Notes under the pieces: model-generated
What the model was told of the DNA's origin: nothing
The model's database searches: none
The model's input: only the letters and a program-made list of their open reading frames with translations
Part shown: positions 25,163-34,251 of the stretch, one piece after another
Numbering within the stretch: position 1 is the first letter of the stretch
How the letters are laid out: each line of letters opens with the position of its first letter
Origin: Candidatus Udaeobacter sp.
GTDB lineage: Bacteria > Verrucomicrobiota > Verrucomicrobiia > Chthoniobacterales > UBA10450
Reading direction: 5' to 3'
Assembly: GCA_036502745.1 (NCBI GenBank)
Contig: DASXYB010000048.1
Coordinates: 1-41,974 of the forward strand
Length of the DNA: 41,974 nucleotides
Program-made: the position numbers and the translations under genes

Positions 25163-27867
25163 TAACTAATGTGAGAGAAACTTTGTCCCTGTTGTTCGAC
25201 AATTAAGCGTCGGAAACGTTGATTCTCAGGCTGCTTCAGGCGGGCGTCCATTTCGAAGATCGACATAGCCGCCGCACGAGCGCGCCGCATCAGTTCGGCG
25301 TCGCGTTTCAAATCGCCAATCTTTAACGCGGGCAAGCCGCTTTGAGCTGTGCCGAGCACATCACCAGGGCCGCGTAACTCCCAGTCCGCTTCGGCCACTT
25401 CAAACCCGTTCGTTGTTCGTTCCAAGACCGCGAGCTTCGCCGATGTCTCTTTCGTCTGCTTTGAGCTCAACAAAATGCAATATGATTTGTGTTCGCCGCG
25501 ACCGATCCGGCCCCGAAGCTGATGCAACTGCGCGAGGCCGAATCGCTCGGCATTTTCAATCAGCATTATAGCTGCATTCGGCACATCCACACCAACCTCG
25601 AGCACGGTCGTGCTAATCAACGCGGTGGTGTCGCCGCGCCGAAACCGATCCATGATCTGCTGCTTTTCCGGCGCGGGAATCCGACCATGAACCAACTCGC
25701 ATCGAAATGGATCCAGCCGTTCACGCCATAACTCGTATTCCGCCGCGGCGGCTTTTACGTCCAGCTTGTCACTTTCGTCGATTAATGGGTAGATCACATA
25801 AAGCTGACGTCCCTTCTCTAGTTGCGTTCGCAAGAAGCTCAGCACCTCGCCGAGCTTTGACGTGTCCCGCACTGCGGTGACAATCTTTCCGCGGTTTCTG
25901 GGCATCTCATCGATCGTCGATACGTCGAGGTCGCCGTAGATTGTCATCGTTAGCGTGCGCGGGATCGGGGTCGCGGTCATCACCAGCACGTCCGGCGCCG
26001 GCTCGCGCGCAGTTAACCGCGCGCGCTGTGCCACACCGAACTTGTGCTGCTCGTCAATCACCGCCAGTCCGAGATTCGAGAACGAAACATTTTCGTAAAG
26101 CAACGCATGTGTGCCGACGATGATTTGGGGATCGTGAGGTCCCGGATCGGTCTGGGGAGCGCACCCTTGTAGCGTGCTGGTCGCCGCATTTTGCGGCGAC
26201 GAACTTCTTAACGTGCGAATTTCATCCTCCTGCGTCCAGGCCCAACGGTAATGTTCATTTTGGCCGGCGACACCGCCATCCCATGGATTTCGCAAAATAT
26301 AATGAAACTTTTCCGCCAAGTCGCGATCCGACTGAATGTAGCGATCGAAGGTTTCTCTCTCCCACACCGCTCCGACTTTCTTCTCGGCGCGATTGATCTC
26401 GCGAGCGGTGAACGATTTCAAGGAGCGCATCAACTCAGTCACGGACCAGAATTTCGCTTCCTCTGGTGAAGCCTCATTCTTTGGCCAGGGCTGAAACAGA
26501 GCGTGCACATGATCTGGCATGATGCAGATGGCGAAAAGTTCGTAGCGTCTGTTATGGAAGTGACGCCACGCGTTTAACACAATATCCCGAGCCTGCGGAC
26601 CAAGGCTGCGCCGATGCGCCGTTGTTATTGTCACGGCATACATGGCCCAAGGCTTTTCGAAATGTGGGAGTCGACGACGCAAGTAATGAGCGCCCGTTGT
26701 TGATTCAGATTCGAGAAAAGTTCGCGATGGCAGGATGCCATCGCCAGCACGCTGCAAGCGTGCGCTCCCCGGATTTTTATTCCCCGCAAAGAGCGGCAAT
26801 GGCTCGCTTTCTTCCTGCCTTGCTGCTGTTCGTAATGCGATGTGGACGCCCAGCGGATCGAGCCAACGGCGCAATACTTCGTAATGTTGCTCCGCGAGAA
26901 TTTGCGTCGGCGCCATGAAGGCGGCCTGGTATCCTGCTTCAACTGCTAGAAGCATTGCCCCAATCGCGACGACAGTTTTTCCAGATCCGACGTCGCCCTG
27001 TAACAGTCGGTTCATGGGATAGTTCGCGGCGAGATCCCGCCGGATTTCGGAGATCACTTTTCCCTGCGCAGCAGTCAGGTCAAACGGAAGGAGTTTTAGA
27101 AATTTATCCAGCAGCGCGCCCGACCCGCAGTGGGCCTGGCCAACTCGCGCCGATGACTCGAAACGCCGCGACGCAATCAACATTTGCATCGCAAAGAATT
27201 CCGAGAGCACGAGATGCTCCCTCGCGGCGTCGCGTGCTTGCCAGTTTTCGGGGAAATGTATCGCGCGAATCGCGCCGGATCGCTCGCTGGCCACCAAAGT
27301 TTTCGGTGCGATCGATTGCCATCCTGTGTCGGGAAACTCCTGCAGGACACGATAAATGATGCTGCGCAACACGCGCTGAGAAAGACCTTCGGTCGCAGGA
27401 TAGATCGGCGTGATTCGCCGAAAATGGATCGATATCTCTTCATCGTTCTCGATTACCTCAAAATCCGGGTGATCCATGCAGATTCGTTTCCCGCGCAGAC
27501 GCGCCCTGCCGAAAACAACGATGCGCTGACCGGTGGCGATCATTTTTTGGACGTAGTGCAGATTGAACCAGCGGCATACGAGCGGCTCACTCAGCGCATT
27601 CGGCTGCGATTCTTCCAGCGTCGCTTCAAAGATTTTTTTCCAGCCGCCAAACCGCCGCAGCGACGTTTTGGTCACGTCGCCGCAGAGACAGATGGGAATG
27701 TCTGTTTCTTCCCGCGGAAACTGTGGAAACTCGGTCCGATCCTCATGACGCCGCGGGAAATGCGTTAGCAAATCTTCCGTCGTCTCGATCCCAAGCCGTC
27801 GCAGCGCAAGCAACCGCGGCCGGGGAATCCAGCTTAAATCCTCAAGCTTTATCAAAACGCCGTCCAT
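25162..27867 (-). CDS. recG: ATP-dependent DNA helicase RecG carrying an in-frame HUH/Y1 transposase-like insertion of about 215 aa between motifs Ia and II
   Basis: Wedge domain, then GDVGSGKT, MAPTQILAEQH, the insert, IIVGTHAL, DEQHKFGV, MTATPIPRT, VHG....EK and LHQLRGRIGRG. I prefer start ATG 27867 (MDGVLIKLEDL), because the track start at 27963 overlaps recJ by 77 nt. Confidence 0.9.
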   Translation of the reverse strand: MDGVLIKLEDLSWIPRPRLLALRRLGIETTEDLLTHFPRRHEDRTEFPQFPREETDIPICLCGDVTKTSLRRFGGWKKIFEATLEESQPNALSEPLVCRWFNLHYVQKMIATGQRIVVFGRARLRGKRICMDHPDFEVIENDEEISIHFRRITPIYPATEGLSQRVLRSIIYRVLQEFPDTGWQSIAPKTLVASERSGAIRAIHFPENWQARDAAREHLVLSEFFAMQMLIASRRFESSARVGQAHCGSGALLDKFLKLLPFDLTAAQGKVISEIRRDLAANYPMNRLLQGDVGSGKTVVAIGAMLLAVEAGYQAAFMAPTQILAEQHYEVLRRWLDPLGVHIALRTAARQEESEPLPLFAGNKNPGSARLQRAGDGILPSRTFLESESTTGAHYLRRRLPHFEKPWAMYAVTITTAHRRSLGPQARDIVLNAWRHFHNRRYELFAICIMPDHVHALFQPWPKNEASPEEAKFWSVTELMRSLKSFTAREINRAEKKVGAVWERETFDRYIQSDRDLAEKFHYILRNPWDGGVAGQNEHYRWAWTQEDEIRTLRSSSPQNAATSTLQGCAPQTDPGPHDPQIIVGTHALLYENVSFSNLGLAVIDEQHKFGVAQRARLTAREPAPDVLVMTATPIPRTLTMTIYGDLDVSTIDEMPRNRGKIVTAVRDTSKLGEVLSFLRTQLEKGRQLYVIYPLIDESDKLDVKAAAAEYELWRERLDPFRCELVHGRIPAPEKQQIMDRFRRGDTTALISTTVLEVGVDVPNAAIMLIENAERFGLAQLHQLRGRIGRGEHKSYCILLSSKQTKETSAKLAVLERTTNGFEVAEADWELRGPGDVLGTAQSGLPALKIGDLKRDAELMRRARAAAMSIFEMDARLKQPENQRFRRLIVEQQGQSFSHIS
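26156..26200. repeat. REP-like repeat, left copy: GGAGCGCACCCTTGTAGCGTGCTGG plus hairpin GTCGCCGC-ATTTT-GCGGCGAC
   Basis: Read directly. The 25-nt head matches the reverse complement of 26744-26768 at 23/25. The 8-bp hairpin occupies 26180-26200. Confidence 0.8.
26724..26768. repeat. REP-like repeat, right copy (inverted): hairpin GCGATGGCA-GGA-TGCCATCGC plus CCAGCACGCTGCAAGCGTGCGCTCC
   Basis: Read directly. The 9-bp hairpin (26724-26744) occupies the same relative position as in the left copy but has a different stem sequence. Confidence 0.8.
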
Positions 27868-27886
27868 CCGATTTGAACTTGGTGCT

Positions 27887-29587
27887 TCAAATTTTCTCGG
27901 CTGCTCGCAAGCCCTCGATCCGCATGCCAACCAGCGTCTCGCCACCGTATTCATCCGCCCCAATGCGGAATGCTACGTCCCACGGCGGCGGCGGAAATTC
28001 ATTTGATACCCCGTCGAAATAGACGGCGCGCCGATTCCGTTCGCCTTGGCGCAATCGAAATACGAGATGCTTTTCGTTTGAGACTCTCGGCGCCCCGACG
28101 GGCTCGACCGCACGCGCAAAGAAAATTGGTTGCGGATTTCCATTACCGAACGGCTGCAAGAGTTCGTGCCAATGGAGAAATTCAAGGTCAATGTTTGTGA
28201 ACGGCAGTTCGTGATCCACTCGCAGTGAGCGTTGCAGAGCCTCTTCTGAAAGTAGGTCGCGCGCGGTCAGGCAAAACGCTTCGGCAAATTTCGAGAAATT
28301 ATCCTCGCGTAACGCCAGGCCGGCTGCCATTTCATGTCCGCCGAATTTCTCCAGCGTTGCTGCGCACCGAGTCAACGCATCCACGAGATTTAGACCATCG
28401 ATGCTTCGTCCGCTTCCTTTGCCGACTCCGTTTTCGTCAAAGCCGATCACGATTGCGGGCCGATGATATTTTCGAGCAATCCGTGAGGCTACGATGCCCA
28501 GCACTCCCGGATGCCAGCCGCGCGCACCGGTGACGATGGCCGCATCACGCGCCGCGTCGAATTGTTTTTCGATTGTGCCAATGGCTGCAGCGAGGATTTC
28601 TTTTTCCACTTGCTGGCGTACTCGGTTTTGTTGATCGAGTTCAGTCGCCAAAGCCGCCGCTTCGTCTCCATCCTTTGTTAGCAATAGGCGCAAAGATTTC
28701 TCCGCCGTGCTCAAGCGGCCAGCAGCATTCAATCGGGGCCCCAGGCGATAGCCAATGTCTTCGGGCAAAATGGGCGGATGCACTCCGGCGACTTGCATTA
28801 ATTTTCTGAGACCGATGCGGCATGTGCGGCCGATTTCGATCGCGCCGTGCTGCACCAGCACGCGATTCTCCTCCACGAGAGGCACGATGTCAGCTACGGT
28901 GCCAAGCGCCACAAGATCGAGCTTTGACTTCAAATCAAAACCAGGCAGTGGTCGAGTCTTCAGCAGCGCATGGCAAAGCTTGAATACGATTCCGACGCTG
29001 CAGAAATAATGAAATGGCGAGGTTGAATCCATTTTCGGATTCACCATTGCGACGCAATCGGGCAGCTGTGATTTCGGTTCGTGGTGATCCAGCACTATGA
29101 CATCGACGCCGCGGTTCTTGAGTTCACCAATCTCACCGGCCGAAGCGGTGCCGCAGTCAATGGCGATCAGCAATTGTGGACGATATTGCTCGACGCAGCG
29201 TTGGATGCTCTCGCGGCTCAACCCGTAGCCCTCCTCCATCCGTAAAGGCAAAAAGAGTTCAGGCGTCGCGCCGTAAGCGCGCAGCATTTCCGCAAGCAGC
29301 GCCAGGGAGGTCACCCCATCGACATCGTAATCTCCAAACAGGACGATGCGTTGATGCGAATCGAGGGCACTCAGAACGCGAGCGACGGCTGTACCCATTT
29401 GCGGGAGCAAAAATGGATCGCTCAACGAGCTAAGACGCGGTCGCAGGAAAGTCTGAACTTCGTCCGCGCTACGAAATCCTTTCCGAAAAAGGAGTCGCGC
29501 GATGCAATCCGACTGGCAAATCTCGTTCCACGAAATTCCGCCGCCATTCAGATTTTCGCACGGCGGTATAATCCATCGGTCCTGCAC
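27887..29587 (-). CDS. recJ: Single-stranded-DNA-specific exonuclease RecJ
   Basis: DHH motifs (VLFGDYDVDGVTS, AIDCG, VIVLDHH), DHHA1 (GGHEMAAG) and typical length. Confidence 0.92.
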   Translation of the reverse strand: MQDRWIIPPCENLNGGGISWNEICQSDCIARLLFRKGFRSADEVQTFLRPRLSSLSDPFLLPQMGTAVARVLSALDSHQRIVLFGDYDVDGVTSLALLAEMLRAYGATPELFLPLRMEEGYGLSRESIQRCVEQYRPQLLIAIDCGTASAGEIGELKNRGVDVIVLDHHEPKSQLPDCVAMVNPKMDSTSPFHYFCSVGIVFKLCHALLKTRPLPGFDLKSKLDLVALGTVADIVPLVEENRVLVQHGAIEIGRTCRIGLRKLMQVAGVHPPILPEDIGYRLGPRLNAAGRLSTAEKSLRLLLTKDGDEAAALATELDQQNRVRQQVEKEILAAAIGTIEKQFDAARDAAIVTGARGWHPGVLGIVASRIARKYHRPAIVIGFDENGVGKGSGRSIDGLNLVDALTRCAATLEKFGGHEMAAGLALREDNFSKFAEAFCLTARDLLSEEALQRSLRVDHELPFTNIDLEFLHWHELLQPFGNGNPQPIFFARAVEPVGAPRVSNEKHLVFRLRQGERNRRAVYFDGVSNEFPPPPWDVAFRIGADEYGGETLVGMRIEGLRAAEKI

Positions 29588-29652
29588 CGCCTCAGTCTAA
29601 TTACTGCGCCGTCGAGAGACAAGACGAGGACGCGGATCGCATCAAAAAATGG

Positions 29653-32541
29653 CTATTTTGATTCCCTCGCGCCTGCCGTTTTTTCAGGAAACTCGAAACC
29701 GACTTTTCCGTCGTCGAGTTTCAGATACGCCGAGAAAGGTCGTCCGCGCTTCGAGATGAAGCCCTCAAGAAGATCGGTTTTTCCCGTGCTCAGAAGTTTT
29801 TGCGCCTGTTCTTTCGGAATCTCGCGCCCGAGGATCGTTTTGCTCAGCTTGAATTTGCAAGGCTTTCGATCGGCCTGCGAATGCTCGCAAATGTAACTTG
29901 TCTCAGTCTCAAAAACTTTCCCGCCGGATAGTGGGCATTTGCCGAGCGGCTCCTTGTCTGTAAAATCAATCCTCGCGACTGGCTCTCTCGGTTTTCGTTC
30001 CTTTTTCGCTTTTGGATCACGCTTCTCGAATTCAAAACCGACATCTTTCTTGTCGTTCAATACGAGAAACGCTTTAAACGGCCGCCCCTTCCGCGAAATG
30101 AACCGTTCAAGCAGATCCGTTTTTCCACTGGCGAGCAATTTGTTCATCTGTTCTCGCTCGATTGGCCGCTGCAGAATGACTTTGCCGGATCGGAAATCGC
30201 AACTCTTATTTGGGCCGACTAAATTTTCGCACACGTAGGTCATTCCGGATTCGAATACGCGTCCGCCGCACTTTGGACATGTTCCCAACGATTCCTGCTG
30301 AGAAAAATCTATCGGCTGTGTTGCGCCATTCTCTTGTCCATTTGGTCCGAAATCGAATTCTGTCTTGAAATCGTCGCTCAATTTCAGCGCGGCATGGAAT
30401 CGTTTGCCTTTCTTGCTGCGAAAGCCGCTCAACGGTTCGGTCTGTTTGTCGCGGACGAGCGTCTCGAACTCATCGCGGCTCAGCAACCGACCGGCGATAG
30501 TTTTCCAGATTGTAAAATCGCAGTTCTCCTTCGTGCAGGTGAAACTCTTGAATCGCTCGACGATCGGCGAGCCGCACTTCGGGCAGCGGCCAAAGGGCTC
30601 AGTGTCAGGCATGTGCTCGTCAGGATGGAAATGCTTGGCTTTGCCCACGATATCCTTCGTGAGATCGCGGATGTCGCGCATGAACGCGTCACGAGTGAGC
30701 TTGCGATGCTCGATCTCGCGCAGGCGAAATTCCCACTCGCCGGTGAGTTCTGGGCTGGTCAATTCCGGCACCGCGTTTTTGAGAAGGGTGATTGTCTGAA
30801 TCGCCTTCGCAGTCGGCTGGAGTTCCTTTCCCTGCCGGGTCAAATAATGCGCTGAAATCAGTGTTTCAATAATGGATGCGCGCGTGGCAGGCGTGCCGAG
30901 GCCTTTCTCCTTCATCGCGTCGCGCAGCTCTTCGTCCTCAATGAGTTTGCCCGCCGACTCCATTGCGCTGAGGACCGTACCCTCGTTGTAACGAACAGGC
31001 GGCCTCGTCTGTTCGGTGTTGATTTCAATGCGCACGGTTTCGACTCGTTCGCCTTGCTGTACCGCCGGCAGGTTTTCTTCGGGCTTATCCGCGGTAGTTT
31101 CGCGCCCGTAAACCTCGAGCCATCCCGACGCGATCATAATTTTGCCTTCTGTTTTGAAAGGCTCGCCTTCCACGCGCGTGATCCGAGTCGTGTTCTCGTA
31201 TTGTGCAGGTGGAAAGAACACGGCCACAAAACGCTTGGTAACCATGTCGAAAATTGCCTGCTCGTTGTTGTCCAGTGAATGAGGCGCGGTGTCAGTTGGA
31301 ATGATTGCGAAATGATCGCCGACTTTAGCGTTGTTAAAAATCCGCTTGTTAGGCTTGACCCAGTTGTTGTCGAGAACTTTGCGCGCGAAAGGATTTTCGA
31401 GCTTGTCCAACGTCGACTTTACGGTCGGAATATAATCTTCAGGCAACGCGCGTGAATCGGTGCGTGGATAAGTAATAGCCTTGTGCCTCTCGTACAGCGC
31501 CTGCGCGATCTGCAAAGTGCGTTTGGCGGAAAAACCGAAACGATTGTTTGCTTCGCGTTGCAAGCTCGTAAGATCGTACAACTGAGGCGCAATCTGCGTG
31601 CTAGGCTTTTTTTCCTCCAACTCAACGACGCCTTCTTTGCCCGTGCACTTCCGCTGAATGGCCTCTGCGATTTCGCGATGCCATAGTCGAGGCGCAGTGC
31701 GGTGCTCATCCCAGAGCGAACCGTTGGCAGTATCGAGCCGTTGCTCGGCATCCGGCAGATTCAATTGAAGTCGAGCGAGCAGTCTTGTCGTTCTCTCAAT
31801 CTCTTTTTCTTCTTTGTTGAATGCTTCGTCGAACCATCGCCCTGGATACTCGCCAGTGGTCGCGCGAAATGTGCCGATGATCTCATTCAGTTCGCGGGGC
31901 TTGAATTCCTTAATCTTACTTTCCCGATCGACGATAATAGTCAGGGTGGGCGTCTGCACTCGGCCGAGCGAGGTGACAGTGCTGCCGCGTCCGCCGCTGA
32001 GTCGTAGCGTAAATGCGCGCGTAGCATTAATGCCGACCAGCCAATCCGCCTCGTTGCGGCTTCGCGCTGCGCTCGCAAGCGGTTGCATCTCTTCGTCGCT
32101 GCGCAGCCGGGCGAATCCGTTGCGGATGGCTTCTGACGTCATCGATTGCAGCCAGAGACGCTTGATAGGTTTTTTCGTCTCCGCGTACTGAACGATGTAG
32201 CGGAATATCAGTTCGCCCTCACGGCCGGCGTCGCACGCGTTGATGATTTCGGAAACGTCTTTGCTTCTGATCAGTTTTCGCAGAGTAGTGACGCGTCCGC
32301 CCATCTTGTCGGCCGGCTCAAGCTCGAATTCCGGCGGCATAATGGGCAGCTTTTCCATGTCCCATTTGTCTTCCTCTTTCATCGAGGCGGGGACGGCCAG
32401 CTGGAAAAGATGACCGACAGCCCACGAGATCAGGTATCCCTCGTTCTCGAAGTAGTCCTTGCCTTTCTTGAAGCCGCCAAGCGCCTTGGCGATATCGCTG
32501 GCGACCGACGGCTTCTCGGTAATGATGAGGGACTTGTACAT
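29653..32541 (-). CDS. topB: Type IA DNA topoisomerase, topoisomerase III-like, with three C-terminal zinc-ribbon plus topoisomerase C-terminal-repeat modules
   Basis: MYKSLIITEKPSVASDIAKALGG, WAVGHL, ITYPRTDS (catalytic Tyr). The C-terminus has 3x [CPKCG-type ribbon ... GRPF.A.L.L..... FEF]. ATG 32541 preferred. Confidence 0.85.
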   Translation of the reverse strand: MYKSLIITEKPSVASDIAKALGGFKKGKDYFENEGYLISWAVGHLFQLAVPASMKEEDKWDMEKLPIMPPEFELEPADKMGGRVTTLRKLIRSKDVSEIINACDAGREGELIFRYIVQYAETKKPIKRLWLQSMTSEAIRNGFARLRSDEEMQPLASAARSRNEADWLVGINATRAFTLRLSGGRGSTVTSLGRVQTPTLTIIVDRESKIKEFKPRELNEIIGTFRATTGEYPGRWFDEAFNKEEKEIERTTRLLARLQLNLPDAEQRLDTANGSLWDEHRTAPRLWHREIAEAIQRKCTGKEGVVELEEKKPSTQIAPQLYDLTSLQREANNRFGFSAKRTLQIAQALYERHKAITYPRTDSRALPEDYIPTVKSTLDKLENPFARKVLDNNWVKPNKRIFNNAKVGDHFAIIPTDTAPHSLDNNEQAIFDMVTKRFVAVFFPPAQYENTTRITRVEGEPFKTEGKIMIASGWLEVYGRETTADKPEENLPAVQQGERVETVRIEINTEQTRPPVRYNEGTVLSAMESAGKLIEDEELRDAMKEKGLGTPATRASIIETLISAHYLTRQGKELQPTAKAIQTITLLKNAVPELTSPELTGEWEFRLREIEHRKLTRDAFMRDIRDLTKDIVGKAKHFHPDEHMPDTEPFGRCPKCGSPIVERFKSFTCTKENCDFTIWKTIAGRLLSRDEFETLVRDKQTEPLSGFRSKKGKRFHAALKLSDDFKTEFDFGPNGQENGATQPIDFSQQESLGTCPKCGGRVFESGMTYVCENLVGPNKSCDFRSGKVILQRPIEREQMNKLLASGKTDLLERFISRKGRPFKAFLVLNDKKDVGFEFEKRDPKAKKERKPREPVARIDFTDKEPLGKCPLSGGKVFETETSYICEHSQADRKPCKFKLSKTILGREIPKEQAQKLLSTGKTDLLEGFISKRGRPFSAYLKLDDGKVGFEFPEKTAGARESK

Positions 32542-32624
32542 GGGGCAGGAATCGAACTCACTTACGGCGACTTTGCAAGTCCGGGCCAATTTGCGGAAGC
32601 GTGAGCACCGCTGCAACCGGCTGG

Positions 32625-33725
32625 CTATCCCAGCTTAACGAAGTATTTTCCGGGCAATTGCTTGACCAAACGTTTCAATTCGAGCTGCAAAAGTGTAGAT
32701 GAAACGGTTGCGCTTGGCAATTCGCTGCGAGTGGCGATGTCGTCGATGGAGGTCTCGGTCGAATGGATTGAAGCATAGACGCGGTGTTCCTCGTCTGAAA
32801 GCGGCGGTAACGGGCGGGCTGCGGTTTCGGGAGACGGTCTTGCCTCAGGTAACAAGATCTCCAAGTCTTCCAGAATGTCTGACGCATCCATGACCAGTTT
32901 TGCGCCCTGCTGAATCAGGCGGTTCGATCCCATCGCGCTCGGCGCGTTAATATGGCCGGGCACAGCGTAGACCGCGCGGCCTTGTTCCAGCGCCTGCGCC
33001 GCTGTGATAAGCGCACCACTATTCAAACCTGCCTCCACGACGAGAATACCGTGACTCCACCCGGAAATGATGCGATTGCGCATCGGAAATGTTTGTCGAT
33101 CCGGTTCGATATCCATAGAGAACTCAGAAACGATTGCGCCATTGCCGCTGCGAATTTTCTCCGCCAGCGGTCCGTTCTCCGGCGGATAGAGTTTGCCTAA
33201 TCCGGAGCCGATCACGGCTATGGTGCGGCCTTTCGCCGCGAGCGCACCTTGGTGAGCAGCCGTGTCAATGCCGCGTGCCAATCCGCTAATCACAGTCAGC
33301 CCCGCGTATGCAACTTGGTAGGCGAGCTTCTTGGCTGATTCCGTGCCGTAATGGGTTGTGCGCCGCGCGCCGATAACGCCGATAGCGTGATGATCGCGGT
33401 CCAGGAGTTCGCCCCAGACGTAAAGCACAATCGGCGGCGCATGGATCTCGCGGAGCGAGCGGGAGTACGACTCCGATTGCTGTGTGATAACAGTCGCCCC
33501 GAAATCGCGAATACGTTGGAGCTCGGTGGAAAGATCAATCGTGGATTCCCAATTTGAGATTTGATCAGCGACCTCATTTCCGATTCCTTCTACCTTGCGA
33601 AGGTCAGTACGTTTAGCCGCAAGTATTTGTTGCGGTTCCTGAAAAACCTCCAGCAACTTGCGCAATCGCACCGGCCCAACAGTCGGCAGCATGTTGAGCG
33701 CGATGCATGCTTCGGTCGCGTTCAT
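32625..33725 (-). CDS. dprA: DNA processing protein DprA (Smf)
   Basis: IGARR.T.YG, SGLARGID..AH.GAL, GSGL...YP.EN and VVEA...SGALITA motifs. Confidence 0.9.
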   Translation of the reverse strand: MNATEACIALNMLPTVGPVRLRKLLEVFQEPQQILAAKRTDLRKVEGIGNEVADQISNWESTIDLSTELQRIRDFGATVITQQSESYSRSLREIHAPPIVLYVWGELLDRDHHAIGVIGARRTTHYGTESAKKLAYQVAYAGLTVISGLARGIDTAAHQGALAAKGRTIAVIGSGLGKLYPPENGPLAEKIRSGNGAIVSEFSMDIEPDRQTFPMRNRIISGWSHGILVVEAGLNSGALITAAQALEQGRAVYAVPGHINAPSAMGSNRLIQQGAKLVMDASDILEDLEILLPEARPSPETAARPLPPLSDEEHRVYASIHSTETSIDDIATRSELPSATVSSTLLQLELKRLVKQLPGKYFVKLG

Positions 33726-33798
33726 TCCAAATTGCGGAACGGGTAGCGGCGATTGACCTCAATCGCCTGGCGCCGGCTCGGTGAACCGATGCCACCAC

Positions 33799-34233
33799 TC
33801 AAAACGGAATTTCGTCTTCGTCCGGTTCGGAAGGCGCCGCTTTTTTAGGCGGTGCGCTGGTTTGTCGGCTTTCCCCGGGCGCTTCGGCCGCGCCTTGAGC
33901 GCGACCTCCGAGCAGCTGCATGTTGTCAGCTACCACTCGCAGGCGCGTTCGCTTCTGTCCGGTTTGCTTGTCGTCCCACGTGTCCATTTGCAGTCGCCCT
34001 TCGATGAAAACCGGTCTGCCTTTTTTCAGGTACTCGCTGGCAACCTCCGCTGTCCGTCCCCAAAGCGTGACATCGACAAAGGTGACTTCCTCGCGTTTTT
34101 CGCCGCTGTCCGTCGTATAAGCCCGATTCACCGCTACGCCGAGATCACAGACGGCGCTGCCTTTGGGCGTGTAACGCACTTCAGGATCACGTGTGACATT
34201 TCCGAGCAAAAGAACTTTGTTGAGGTTCGCCAT
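33799..34233 (-). CDS. ssb: Single-stranded DNA-binding protein
   Basis: MANLNKVLLLGNVTRDPE.RYTP.G, an OB fold, and the acidic tail DEDEIPF. Confidence 0.95.
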   Translation of the reverse strand: MANLNKVLLLGNVTRDPEVRYTPKGSAVCDLGVAVNRAYTTDSGEKREEVTFVDVTLWGRTAEVASEYLKKGRPVFIEGRLQMDTWDDKQTGQKRTRLRVVADNMQLLGGRAQGAAEAPGESRQTSAPPKKAAPSEPDEDEIPF

Positions 34234-34251
34234 GTCGCGCTTATAGCGAAA

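Larger units (their letters stand above)
26156..26768 (-). mobile_element. RAYT-like (REP-associated tyrosine transposase, IS200/Y1 superfamily) module with flanking inverted REP-like repeats, embedded in frame in recG
   Basis: The encoded segment carries RLPHF, the HUH motif MPDHVHALF (H-V-H at 26503-26511), TFDRYI and the Tyr motif FHYILRNP (Y at 26299-26301). The 45-nt inverted repeats lie at both ends. Confidence 0.7.

Noticed and set aside
26131-26808. Intein explanation for the RecG insert
   Set aside because: The junctions lack the Cys/Ser/Thr at the insert start, the terminal His-Asn and a +1 nucleophile. No Hint-domain blocks are present. The content is HUH/Y1 transposase-like instead.
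27868-27963. recG start at 27963, as in the ORF track
   Set aside because: It would overlap the recJ 3' end by 77 nt and adds a non-conserved Arg/Cys-rich peptide. ATG 27867 (MDGVLIKLEDL) leaves a 19-nt gap after recJ.
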